From positions 9,785 to 73,784 of the forward strand of contig CAZAWA010000001.1 in the NCBI GenBank assembly GCA_964488675.1: a stretch of DNA of 64,000 nt. The letters are read 5' to 3'. The notes below the pieces were generated by a model, which ran no database searches, was not told the origin of the DNA, and saw nothing but the letters and a program-made list of their open reading frames with translations. This document shows positions 55,516 through 64,000 of this stretch, piece after piece (the first letter of the stretch is position 1; each line of letters starts with the position of its first letter). This DNA is from an uncultured Oxalobacter sp. Lineage in GTDB: Bacteria; Pseudomonadota; Gammaproteobacteria; Burkholderiales; Burkholderiaceae_D. Made by a program: the position numbers and the translations under genes.

Positions 55516-57414
55516 TCAAACTGCGAGCAAAGTGTCAAACAGATCGCCCGCTACCTTCATGACCTTGGCTGCTGCCTGATAAGCCTGCTGATAACGCAAA
55601 AGATTGGCAGCCTCTTCATCAAGATTGACGCCTGATTCGGCCTGCTGCGCATTGTGGGCTTGTGTATACAGTGTGTTTGCAGCAGCACTGGTTACTTTCA
55701 TCTCATTGGTCTTGTTGCCGATCATATTGACCAATTGCGAGTAAGCGCCCTGATAGGTCGCAGAATTGCCAGCGACCAGGTTCGACGTTTGCAACTCACC
55801 GAGTAACAGCATGTTGCGATTGTCACCTACGCCTGAGATATTTGGGCTGACTGTGAATATGTCACCATCCACCGGACTTCCCGAAATTTGCACCGTCCAT
55901 CCGTTGTAGCTTATATTTTCTCCTGCCGTGTAGGACAGGTTCGTAGCAGGCAGCCCCGCTCCAGTTCCCGTTACATCAAAAGTTGTAGCTGATGTAAACA
56001 TGATACTGACGCTCTCCAGCAGATTGCTGTCCAAACTTTCGGCAACACCCGATGTAATTTTTCCTGTCCCTGTATTTGTAACAGTGGCTGAAGCGAGAAT
56101 CGGCGCTGCAGCCGCAATTTTCCTCGTATCGGTTATAGCCAGACTGATTCCGGATGCGCCACTCGCAGTGGGCCTGATAAGAAAACTGTCGCCGGCATCC
56201 GGCGTGCCGACAAGGTCAAAGTTAAACCCCTGCGTTGCAGCGGCGTCTTGCACATCGCTCAGCGTCGCACTGGACCATGTATTGCCATCAGAAATTCGGG
56301 TTAAGATGTAATCCGCGCCATTGAACGATATCCGGTAATCGCTCGTCGTCAGTAATTTTGTGTCCCCAAGGGTTGCCGTCACCTCCGAGAATGAAGTATT
56401 TCTGTAGCTTGAAGTCACGATCGGCTTGGCAACATCGAAAAAATCAGCGCCTAAATCTCCGTTTTGATCCTGTCCCAGACGGTGCTGCTCATTGAAAGTA
56501 GAAGCGAGAACGGTTGCAATTCGACCGAGAGAATTTTGAGCAGAATCCAGTGTTTCCGAGCGGAATCCAAGCAATCCAGAAAGTGTGCCGCCACTTAATA
56601 CCTCTTCCGAAAGAATCGTTGTTACGCCATTGTTCTCATACGCAACCTCAAGGCGACTCGGATCGGTAGGCGACGCCTTGTTCACCAGGCTATAGGATTT
56701 CGCGCCGACCACCAATGACTGGCCATTCCCAATGTACACATCATAACTACTGCCTTGCTTGACAATCGTTACCCTGATTTCTTTGCTCAACTGAGCCAGA
56801 AGCTGATCTCGCTGATCCAGCAAATCGTTCGGTGCTGCGCGATCCGATGTAGCTTTGGCACTTTCGATCTGGTCATTTAATTTCGCGATTTCTGCTGCGT
56901 ATGTGTTTATTGTGGTTGTGCTAGCCCTGATCTGTGTACTGACTCCCTGACTGATTTCTGTCAACTGCTGACTCAAACTGTTGAATTGCGAAACCATGGC
57001 CTGTGCCGAAGAAAATAATGACTGACGCGCCACTGCAGAACTCGGAGAGGTGCTGACATCTTGAACGCTGCTAAAAAAACTTTGCAATGCAGGTGACAAA
57101 CCGATACTGGGATCCGCCAGAATATTGTCGATTTGGCGAATCTGAGCATGGTAAGTATCGAGTTGGCTGAATGAAGTTTGAGTCGATCGCACCCGGCTAC
57201 CCAAATATTCGTTATAGACACGCTCAATCGCCACGACCTGCGTTCCCTTGCCGACGAAGCCAAAACCCATGTTTTGACCAGCAGAGGCCGCTTGCAAAAC
57301 AATTTCACGGCTATACCCAACAGTTGACACATTGGCTATGTTGTGGCCAGTAGTGTCAATGCCAACCTGCGCCGCCATAAGGGCGCTTTTACCAATGCTT
57401 AGGATGTTGGCCAT
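55516..57414 (-). CDS. flgK: Flagellar hook-associated protein 1 FlgK
   Basis: MANILSIGKSALMAAQVGIDTTGHNIANVSTVGYSR N-terminus and a C-terminal ...SGVNLDEEAANLLRYQQAYQAAAKVM. Confidence 0.95.
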   Translation of the reverse strand: MANILSIGKSALMAAQVGIDTTGHNIANVSTVGYSREIVLQAASAGQNMGFGFVGKGTQVVAIERVYNEYLGSRVRSTQTSFSQLDTYHAQIRQIDNILADPSIGLSPALQSFFSSVQDVSTSPSSAVARQSLFSSAQAMVSQFNSLSQQLTEISQGVSTQIRASTTTINTYAAEIAKLNDQIESAKATSDRAAPNDLLDQRDQLLAQLSKEIRVTIVKQGSSYDVYIGNGQSLVVGAKSYSLVNKASPTDPSRLEVAYENNGVTTILSEEVLSGGTLSGLLGFRSETLDSAQNSLGRIATVLASTFNEQHRLGQDQNGDLGADFFDVAKPIVTSSYRNTSFSEVTATLGDTKLLTTSDYRISFNGADYILTRISDGNTWSSATLSDVQDAAATQGFNFDLVGTPDAGDSFLIRPTASGASGISLAITDTRKIAAAAPILASATVTNTGTGKITSGVAESLDSNLLESVSIMFTSATTFDVTGTGAGLPATNLSYTAGENISYNGWTVQISGSPVDGDIFTVSPNISGVGDNRNMLLLGELQTSNLVAGNSATYQGAYSQLVNMIGNKTNEMKVTSAAANTLYTQAHNAQQAESGVNLDEEAANLLRYQQAYQAAAKVMKVAGDLFDTLLAV

Positions 57415-57444
57415 ACTATTTCCTCAAATGTCGCCATGTCTGGA

Positions 57445-57471
57445 TCATCGGCAGATTGCCGGAAAACTTGA
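57445..57471 (-). promoter_or_regulatory. Sigma-28 (FliA) promoter of flgKL
   Basis: The minus strand reads TCAAGTTT - 11 nt - GCCGATGA, with one mismatch in each element. About 30 nt upstream of the flgK ATG, which has a GAGGAAA RBS. Confidence 0.7.
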
Positions 57472-57509
57472 AAGACATGCTGATCGTATTGACAAAAGCT
57501 CATGATTTA

Positions 57510-58529
57510 TCATGCAGACAGCGACTTCTGGATAATGCGCGTCAATTTTGCAGCGTACTGAGGGTCGGTAGCGTAGCCCGCTCGCTGCAGACCCTGAGCA
57601 AAACTCGTTGCATCGCGAGAGTTGGCCAATACATTCTGATATCGCGCGCTGGACTTGAGCAGACGCGCATAATCTTTAAACGAATCCGCATACGAATCAT
57701 AGGCGCGGAATTTCTCCTTCTTCCTGTATGCAACCCCATTGACATACTCGGTAGTTGTCGTTTCTACTGTTTTTCCAGCCCATCCCTTGGTCGCCTTGAT
57801 GCCAAAAAGATTATGACTTGATGTTCCATCTGCAGCGACAATGACTTTCTTGCCCCATCCGGTTTCCAAAGCCGCCTGCCCGAGCATGAACTTTGCAGGG
57901 ATTCCGGTCGTCCGACTAGCTTCTTCTGCTTCACGCGTGAATTTCTGCTGAAATGCCCTGACATGCGCTGGCTTCGAACTGCCGGGCGCCGAAGCTTGCG
58001 GATGGGCTTCAGCTCCCGGATTTCCTGGCAACAAGTTCTGCCTGCTCACGAGAGCGGCAGAGATCAGAGAGCTCAACTCATCTGATGGCAAGTGCTTAGG
58101 ATTAACGCCGCTGTTACCATAAAAACCGGAAGAAATGGCAGAAAGCGGCTTTTCGTTCAATTTAAGCGGCGAAAAACCTGAAGCCGGTTTTGCACCTGAA
58201 GACTTATCAGTCGGCACAGGTTGCCCCTGGCCAACCGTAAATTGCCGCAACAGCGCGTCTGCCAAGCCTATGCCACGCTTGGAAAAATTCTGACTGATTT
58301 GCTGATCGTACAGAGATGTATATAGCTTGGTCTGATCGTTCTCGAACAGACCGCTTTTTGGCGTGGCATCACGCATGCTTTTCAGTACCATGTTCATCAG
58401 CAGTGCCTCGAACTGCTGAGCAACGGCTTTGAGTGCCTCAGGCGAGTTTTCCCTGGCCGCCCGGCGAAGAGCACTCATGTCGCCGCCGCCTATAGGCATC
58501 TGCGTCGGAAAATTTGTCTGATTCACCAT
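57510..58529 (-). CDS. flgJ: Flagellar rod assembly protein / peptidoglycan hydrolase FlgJ
   Basis: N-terminal rod-binding motif AVAQQFEALLMNMVLKSMRDA. C-terminal glucosaminidase ...AALETGWGKK...HNLFGIKA... Confidence 0.92.
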   Translation of the reverse strand: MVNQTNFPTQMPIGGGDMSALRRAARENSPEALKAVAQQFEALLMNMVLKSMRDATPKSGLFENDQTKLYTSLYDQQISQNFSKRGIGLADALLRQFTVGQGQPVPTDKSSGAKPASGFSPLKLNEKPLSAISSGFYGNSGVNPKHLPSDELSSLISAALVSRQNLLPGNPGAEAHPQASAPGSSKPAHVRAFQQKFTREAEEASRTTGIPAKFMLGQAALETGWGKKVIVAADGTSSHNLFGIKATKGWAGKTVETTTTEYVNGVAYRKKEKFRAYDSYADSFKDYARLLKSSARYQNVLANSRDATSFAQGLQRAGYATDPQYAAKLTRIIQKSLSA

Positions 58530-58585
58530 CTAAAAGCCACCCCATGATTTAACTACACCCTTTTTCGCTCAAAACCGCATCGCAA

Positions 58586-59689
58586 TCAGATGATTTCAAG
58601 CTCTGCACGCAACGAACCAGCCACTTTCATCGCCTGCAATATTGCAACCAGGTCATGCGGCGTCGCACCGAGGGCATTCAGTGCCTTGACAACATCAGCC
58701 AAGGAAACCGACTTCGCGACAAGGAACACCGATGGTCCTTTCCTGACCTCTGCTTGACCCGTTTGCGGATCAGTCGTCTGTGCTGCAGCATCACCACTTA
58801 CAACCACTGACAAATTGCCATGCGAGATAGCGCAAGGCTCAAGGGTCACACTGCGATTAAGGACCACCGAACCAGTGCGGGAATTCAGGATCACCTTGGC
58901 ATGTGCTTCAGCCAGGGTGACATCAATATTTTCCAGCGCAGCCAGAAAACTTACCTTTTCATCCAAGCCCGCAGGAACGCGAACCTGAATTACTCTACCG
59001 TTACGAGCAGCAGCAGTATCAGCGCCGAATTTTTTATTGATTGCGCTGACCACCAGGCTCGCATTGGAAAAGTTATTTTCGTTAAGTTCCAGATGAACCA
59101 GGTTTCCCTGTCCCAACACCGTGGGTACTGCACGCTCCACGGTAGCACCCGCAGAAATCCGGCCAACGCTTAAATGGTTGGGCTGTCCCTTGGCGCCACT
59201 GGCTGGTGCGCTTGCAATATTGACGGCAACACTTCCTTGAGCCATGGCATAAATATGGCCATCAGCACCTTTTAACGGAGTCATCACCAAAGTGCCGCCA
59301 CGCAGGCTCTTTGCGTTACCGATGGAAGATACAGTGACATCCAGCGTTTGACCCGGCTGTGAAAAAGGCGGAAGAGATGTCGTAACCATGACGGCTGCGA
59401 CATTCTTCAATTGCAAGCTGCTGCCCGATGGCAGGCTGATGCCGAGTTGCTGCAGCATGCTAAGTATGCTCTGCACCGTAAATGGTGTTTGCGTAGTCTG
59501 ATCGCCGCTGCCATCCAGACCAACAACAAGGCCATACCCGACCAACTGGTTATGCCGCACGCCTTGAATACTGGCCACATCCTTGAGGCGTTCCGCATGA
59601 CAAACACTCGCCACCATCATGAACATCAAACAGATGCAAATTTGTGCCATTTTCCGGTACGCCGAAAGATTTGCCATTGGTCTTTTCAT
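58586..59689 (-). CDS. flgI: Flagellar P-ring protein FlgI
   Basis: Signal peptide, then ERLKDVASIQGVRHNQLVGYGLVVGLDGSGDQ. Start uncertain among ATG 59689, 59677 and 59650. Confidence 0.95.
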   Translation of the reverse strand: MKRPMANLSAYRKMAQICICLMFMMVASVCHAERLKDVASIQGVRHNQLVGYGLVVGLDGSGDQTTQTPFTVQSILSMLQQLGISLPSGSSLQLKNVAAVMVTTSLPPFSQPGQTLDVTVSSIGNAKSLRGGTLVMTPLKGADGHIYAMAQGSVAVNIASAPASGAKGQPNHLSVGRISAGATVERAVPTVLGQGNLVHLELNENNFSNASLVVSAINKKFGADTAAARNGRVIQVRVPAGLDEKVSFLAALENIDVTLAEAHAKVILNSRTGSVVLNRSVTLEPCAISHGNLSVVVSGDAAAQTTDPQTGQAEVRKGPSVFLVAKSVSLADVVKALNALGATPHDLVAILQAMKVAGSLRAELEII

Positions 59690-59713
59690 ATACAGGTTTT
59701 CAGATGAGAAGGA

Positions 59714-60406
59714 TCAGATAGGCGCCATACTCAGGAAAAATCGGGTAAACATGGACATGACATCTGCCTTGTCGACTCGGGTGTTGGTACGGTACTCAAC
59801 ACGAGCTTCTGCCACCAGTGACGACGAGATGATGTTACCTGCCGAAATATTGCGCGGGTCGACGATGCCAGATATGCGAATGAATTCAGCCCCAAGATCC
59901 ATTGCAACCTGCTTCTCCCCTTTGACCAGCAAATTGCCGTTGGGAAGGACATCGGTCACCGTTACCCCGATCGTGCCAGTGAAATTGTTGCTGGAAGCGG
60001 CAGCACCCTTGTCCTCAAACTTGTTTGCCGTAGAGGTGGATACACCAAGTTTGTCGGCTGTTGTTGCTGATAAAAACGGTATCGTCGGCGCCGTATATGA
60101 TGCGCTGGCTGTTTTGCTTGCTGAACCGGCACCCTGTTTGGCTGCGGTCGTCTTTTCATTAATAACAATGGTCAGAGTATCTCCAACAAGGCGCGCGCGC
60201 CGATCCTCGAACATCGGACGGAAAGACGCGCTCTGAAATATGGCGCCGCTAGACGGCGCGACAACCGGCGGTTGATGCGATTTTTCTGGCCTATTGTGCG
60301 TAATCGTGTCGGGCACCGTCGCACACCCTGACGCCACGACAACAACGAAAGTGGCCATACCAGATTTCCACAACGGGCAAGCAAATGCGTTGTTCATGCT
60401 TTTCAT
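59714..60406 (-). CDS. flgH: Flagellar L-ring lipoprotein FlgH
   Basis: Lipobox VASGC. ...FEDRRARLVGDTLTIVI...GNLLVKGEKQV... motifs. Confidence 0.95.
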   Translation of the reverse strand: MKSMNNAFACPLWKSGMATFVVVVASGCATVPDTITHNRPEKSHQPPVVAPSSGAIFQSASFRPMFEDRRARLVGDTLTIVINEKTTAAKQGAGSASKTASASYTAPTIPFLSATTADKLGVSTSTANKFEDKGAAASSNNFTGTIGVTVTDVLPNGNLLVKGEKQVAMDLGAEFIRISGIVDPRNISAGNIISSSLVAEARVEYRTNTRVDKADVMSMFTRFFLSMAPI

Positions 60407-60454
60407 AAGGCGACTGGCTTTCTCGGTATACTCAAATCATTAACCCAACATGAT

Positions 60455-61237
60455 TTATATCTGCGTAAGCTTCTGCAACATCGCGTCGGACGCAGAAATG
60501 GCTTTGCTGTTGATTTCATAAGCGCGCTGCGTCTGGATCATGTTAACCAGTTCTTCTGCCACATTCACATTCGAGGTTTCAACATAACCCTGAACCAACA
60601 AGCCAGCACCATTGGTGCCAGGTGTATTGGTGTTGGGTGTACCTGACGCTGCGGTTTCGACATACAGATTTTCTCCCCTGCTCTCAAGTCCGACAGGGTT
60701 GACGAATGTGGCGATCTGAAGTGTACCGACCTGCGTCGGGGTGGTCGAAGCGGCCTGCAGAACACTGACCGTGCCGTCTCTCCCGATCGTGATGCTCGTA
60801 GTATTGGCCGGGATCGTGATAGCAGGCTGAACCGAAAATCCGCTAGCCGTCACAAGCTGGCCCTGACTGTCCATCTGGAACGATCCATCGCGCGTATAGG
60901 CTGTCGTTCCATCAGGGAGTAGTACCTGGAAAAAACCAGCGCCCTGAATGGCTACATCCTTGCTGTTACCTGTCTGACTCAGGTTGCCTTGCGTATGGAT
61001 ACGCTCCGTTGCAACCGGGCGTACGCCTGTGCCGATTTGCAGACCGGACGGCAACTGCGTCTGCTGCGATGTCTGCGCTCCAGGCTGTCTCAAGGTCTGA
61101 TACAGCAAATCCTCGAACACCGGTCGCGCCCGCTTGAAGCCTGTCGTGCTGACATTGGCGAGGTTGTTGGCAATGATGTCCATTTGAGTTTGCTGGGCAT
61201 CCAGACCGGTCTTAGCGATCCAAAGTGAACGAATCAT
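60455..61237 (-). CDS. flgG: Flagellar distal rod protein FlgG
   Basis: [35 protein letters not shown]... and ...[23 protein letters not shown]. Confidence 0.96.
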   Translation of the reverse strand: MIRSLWIAKTGLDAQQTQMDIIANNLANVSTTGFKRARPVFEDLLYQTLRQPGAQTSQQTQLPSGLQIGTGVRPVATERIHTQGNLSQTGNSKDVAIQGAGFFQVLLPDGTTAYTRDGSFQMDSQGQLVTASGFSVQPAITIPANTTSITIGRDGTVSVLQAASTTPTQVGTLQIATFVNPVGLESRGENLYVETAASGTPNTNTPGTNGAGLLVQGYVETSNVNVAEELVNMIQTQRAYEINSKAISASDAMLQKLTQI

Positions 61238-61265
61238 GTGTATCTCCAGTTAATTGAGCCAGTCA

Positions 61266-62009
61266 CTAGGAACTCAGCGAAAGTAATTGCGATGCTTTGG
61301 CTGCGTTGCTATCAGCGTTTTTCAGCAGATTCATGTGCATTTCGAATTGGCGCGCCAAATTGATCATGCTCACCATCGCCTCGGCTACATTGACATTGCT
61401 TCCCTCTACCGCACCGCCTACTACCGTGACATTTTCGTCAACCTCGACCGGATTCCCATCTTTGGTCCGGAACAAGCCGTCATCGCCGCGCACCAATGTT
61501 TCAGCCGGTGGGTTGACCAGCTTCAGCCGACCCAGTGCCGTCACAATGTTGGGCGTAGTATTAGTCGAAACACCGGACACCGTTCCATCCTTGGCAAATG
61601 ACACCTCCACATCGGGCGGAACACTGATTGGACCACCATCGCCCATCACTGTGATGCCGCTCTGTGTTTGCAGCACGCCGTTTTCCGTCAGCTTCAGATT
61701 ACCGCTACGCGTGTAGGCTTCACTACCGTCCTCCAGTTGAACCGTGAGCCATCCCTTGCCGTGCACTGCGACATCCAGTCCATTGCCAGTGTGGTGAATC
61801 GTGCCGGGGGCAAAATTTGTCCCCACTGTCGAATCAACGACAAATGTGCGTGTCGGCAGTCCTTCGCTGATCACCGGCACCGCACGGAAAGAGTCCATCT
61901 GCGCCCGAAAACCGTTCGTGGTTGCATTTGCCAGATTGTTCGACACCGTCGCCTGCTGGTTCAGGATGTGCTTTGCTCCGGTCATTGCGGTGTAAATCAA
62001 CCTATCCAT
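61266..62009 (-). CDS. flgF: Flagellar proximal rod protein FlgF
   Basis: MDRLIYTAMTGAKHILNQQATVSNNLANATTNGFR... and ...GSNVNVAEAMVSMINLARQFE. Confidence 0.94.
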   Translation of the reverse strand: MDRLIYTAMTGAKHILNQQATVSNNLANATTNGFRAQMDSFRAVPVISEGLPTRTFVVDSTVGTNFAPGTIHHTGNGLDVAVHGKGWLTVQLEDGSEAYTRSGNLKLTENGVLQTQSGITVMGDGGPISVPPDVEVSFAKDGTVSGVSTNTTPNIVTALGRLKLVNPPAETLVRGDDGLFRTKDGNPVEVDENVTVVGGAVEGSNVNVAEAMVSMINLARQFEMHMNLLKNADSNAAKASQLLSLSS

Positions 62010-62071
62010 GTCATGCCCCCGGTATCAAACCCTTCAACCCAAGCCCGTATGCCATTATTCGTCCCAGCAGA

Positions 62072-63286
62072 TCAGAGATTCACCAAGGTTTGCATGATCT
62101 CGTCCTGAGTTGAAATAGTCTTGGCATTCGCCTGATAGTAACGCTGAGCTGTAATCATGTTGACCAAATCAGCGGTCAGGTCAACATTGGAATCTTCAAC
62201 CGCGTTTGACTGAAGAACACCCAAATTACCCGAATCCGGCGTAGACACCAATGCTGCTCCCGATGTAGATGTCTCTGCCCACACATTGTTTCCTAGCGGC
62301 TGCAACCCGTTAGGGTTAGAAAAATTGGCAAGCACAATTTGGGCGAGCGTCCTTGACTGGCCATTGGTATAGCTGCCAGTGACGACGCCATCAGCACCGG
62401 CACTAAAAGCCGACAGCCTTCCTGATGTATATCCATCCTGACTCAGCGTCGTGACGCTAAAATTGGCGCCGTATTGCGTCGTTCCCAAATAATCGATCGG
62501 AACGGTGAATGGCGTGGCTGCGCCTGTTGTTACATCAACCGACGCATCCAAAGGCGCTGCCGTTGTCAATGTGCCAGATGAATCGAAATCGAGCGTACCA
62601 AGCGTTGCACCTCCATTCAGAATGTTCCCGTCTGAAGCCGCATATACTTCCCAGGAGTTCTCGGCAATCTTCACATAATAGGTCTGCAATACATGTGAGT
62701 TGCCCAAGCTGTCATAGATCGTGATCGAAGTTGCGTTGTTGTAACTGGTAGGATCGTTCATATCAAACGGGGTGGTCAGCGGGATGCTTTTTGTAGAATC
62801 CAGATTTAAGACCGCATTAATGTTAGTTGTCTGAATAGGCGGCAGGTCGGAGGTATTAATGCTTATCTCTGTTGGCCCGCCCGTTGACAAAACCCCTGCG
62901 GCGTTTGCCATATAACCTGTGAGGCGGCTTCCATTTGAATTTACGATATAGCCGTCTTTATCCAGCTGGAACTGACCGTTCCGCGAATAGTTAATCGTCC
63001 CGTTATCGCTCAGGCGGAAAAAGCCGCCGCCATTAATGGCAATGTCCAGTGGGTTGCTGGATGAGGTGATATTTCCCTGGGTAAATTGCTGTGCTATCTG
63101 CGCCACCTTGACGCCGATACCGATCTGGGATGCGCCAGCACCACTCAGCGAATTAGCGTAGACATCCGCAAATAATGTTTGCGCAGACTTGAAGCCAACC
63201 GTATTGGCGTTGGCAATATTGTTGCCAATTGTGTCAAGACTTTTCGACGCTGCATTCAAACCGCTCAAACCTTGTTGGAAGCTCAT
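62072..63286 (-). CDS. flgE: Flagellar hook protein FlgE
   Basis: MSFQQGLSGLNAASKSLDTIGNNIANANTVGFK... and ...SNVDLTADLVNMITAQRYYQANAKTI. Confidence 0.95.
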   Translation of the reverse strand: MSFQQGLSGLNAASKSLDTIGNNIANANTVGFKSAQTLFADVYANSLSGAGASQIGIGVKVAQIAQQFTQGNITSSSNPLDIAINGGGFFRLSDNGTINYSRNGQFQLDKDGYIVNSNGSRLTGYMANAAGVLSTGGPTEISINTSDLPPIQTTNINAVLNLDSTKSIPLTTPFDMNDPTSYNNATSITIYDSLGNSHVLQTYYVKIAENSWEVYAASDGNILNGGATLGTLDFDSSGTLTTAAPLDASVDVTTGAATPFTVPIDYLGTTQYGANFSVTTLSQDGYTSGRLSAFSAGADGVVTGSYTNGQSRTLAQIVLANFSNPNGLQPLGNNVWAETSTSGAALVSTPDSGNLGVLQSNAVEDSNVDLTADLVNMITAQRYYQANAKTISTQDEIMQTLVNL

Positions 63287-63318
63287 GGCATTCTCCTATT
63301 CCGGAAATTCTAAATTGC

Positions 63319-63984
63319 TTAATAAATCTGAACCACATCAGACATGCTGACAGCACCGATGTTCTGCACATTCAGCTTCACGCCTGATGTGTTGTTCGTT
63401 ACACTCGCCACCTCGCCGAAAGACAATGGGGTCGCACTTACGGCCTTGCCGCCGCTTGTCGCAGCCAGCTCGAATTTGTACTTGCCGTCAGCGGCTGTCG
63501 CGCCACTCGTTGTCTTGCCGTCCCACGCGTAAGTCAGCATGCCAGCCGCTTTAGCGCCCAAATTATCTGTATAAACCGCGTTGCCTGCAGCATCACGAAT
63601 CGTCAGCACAACGGCATCGGCTGACCCGGCAAGATTGGCGCCCAGGATGCCCTTGCTGCCTGAAAGCGCCACATTCGAACCCGGCACAAAAACACCATGA
63701 CCGATCATGTCCGCAGCCTGATAGGCTTGACTGGCCAAGATACTCGCCTGCAGGGATTCCAGTGTCGTATTGAGTTTGTTGACACCGGTAACCGTAGACA
63801 GCTGCGCAAGCTGGCTGGTGATCTCTGCGTTGTCCAGAGGGTTTAGCGGGTCCTGATTTTTCATCTGCGCCACCAGCAACTTCATGAAACGCTCCTCCGC
63901 CTCAACCACGGTGTCAGTAGCCGTAGAAGTCGAACTTGAGGTCACGCCATTCATTACCGACTGCAAACTGGAGATGGTAGTCAT
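63319..63984 (-). CDS. flgD: Flagellar hook cap / assembly protein FlgD
   Basis: ...FMKLLVAQMKNQDPLNPLDNAEITSQLAQLSTV... and a FlgD Ig-like C-terminal half. Confidence 0.93.
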   Translation of the reverse strand: MTTISSLQSVMNGVTSSSTSTATDTVVEAEERFMKLLVAQMKNQDPLNPLDNAEITSQLAQLSTVTGVNKLNTTLESLQASILASQAYQAADMIGHGVFVPGSNVALSGSKGILGANLAGSADAVVLTIRDAAGNAVYTDNLGAKAAGMLTYAWDGKTTSGATAADGKYKFELAATSGGKAVSATPLSFGEVASVTNNTSGVKLNVQNIGAVSMSDVVQIY

Positions 63985-64000
63985 GTGAAGGCCTTTCTTA

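Noticed and set aside
36000-64000. Impression that the flagellar half of the window is somewhat less GC-rich than the fab/ribosomal half, which might suggest horizontal acquisition
   Set aside because: I cannot compute GC or codon statistics reliably by eye. Flagellar axial proteins are rich in Asn, Ser, Thr and Gln, which lowers GC on its own. No integrase, tRNA or direct-repeat boundary is visible. A sliding-window GC and codon-adaptation calculation would settle it.
1-64000. Search for CRISPR arrays, IS elements or transposases, integrases, prophage genes, toxin-antitoxin pairs, tRNA genes and rRNA genes
   Set aside because: None found. Every stretch longer than about 150 nt is either a recognisable gene or one of the short intergenic regions described above.

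Overview
This 64 kb window looks like a betaproteobacterial chromosome segment, judged from gene order (rpmF-plsX-fabHDG-acpP-fabF-ygfX-like-rpoE, and rpsF-priB-rpsR-rplI). Almost all of it is explained by about 70 recognisable genes. All calls rest on motif recognition in the supplied translations and on hand translation. No database search was possible.

Gene content, left to right:
- a truncated spermidine-synthase-like membrane protein, ypfJ, and lexA with two tandem SOS boxes
- a three-gene PrtD/HlyD/TolC-type type I secretion (T1SS) operon with no adjacent substrate gene
- the ribosomal operon rpsF-priB-rpsR-rplI
- usp, hom, an aminotransferase, bcp, a PIN-PhoH2 ATPase and a DUF89 protein
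- rpoE with an RseA homologue that stops after its N-terminal domain
- the fatty-acid synthesis cluster, yceD/maf, two methyltransferases, and a LysR/PanE-like pair
- an isolated cheR-cheD pair lying divergent to a soluble PAS histidine kinase, a NarL-type response regulator and a GGDEF diguanylate cyclase
- about 28 kb of flagellar genes: fliC-flaG, fliDST plus a FliK-like/FlhB-C-like pair plus ycgR, fliE, fliFGHIJK, fliLMNOPQR, and flgLKJIHGFED on the minus strand

I found no CRISPR array, IS element, prophage, tRNA or rRNA.

Non-standard items worth follow-up:
1. The orphan cheRD pair next to the kinase/regulator/cyclase module, and its possible link to the c-di-GMP brake gene ycgR.
2. A translationally coupled FliK-like plus FlhB-CC-like pair, present in addition to the canonical fliK.
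3. The truncated RseA, followed by a repeat-rich non-coding stretch. That stretch carries a 21-bp palindrome that recurs 9.7 kb away.
4. A C11 homopolymer and a Pro/Leu upstream ORF (uORF) in the lexA/T1SS control region.

I cannot show from sequence alone that any of these is a genuinely undescribed system.
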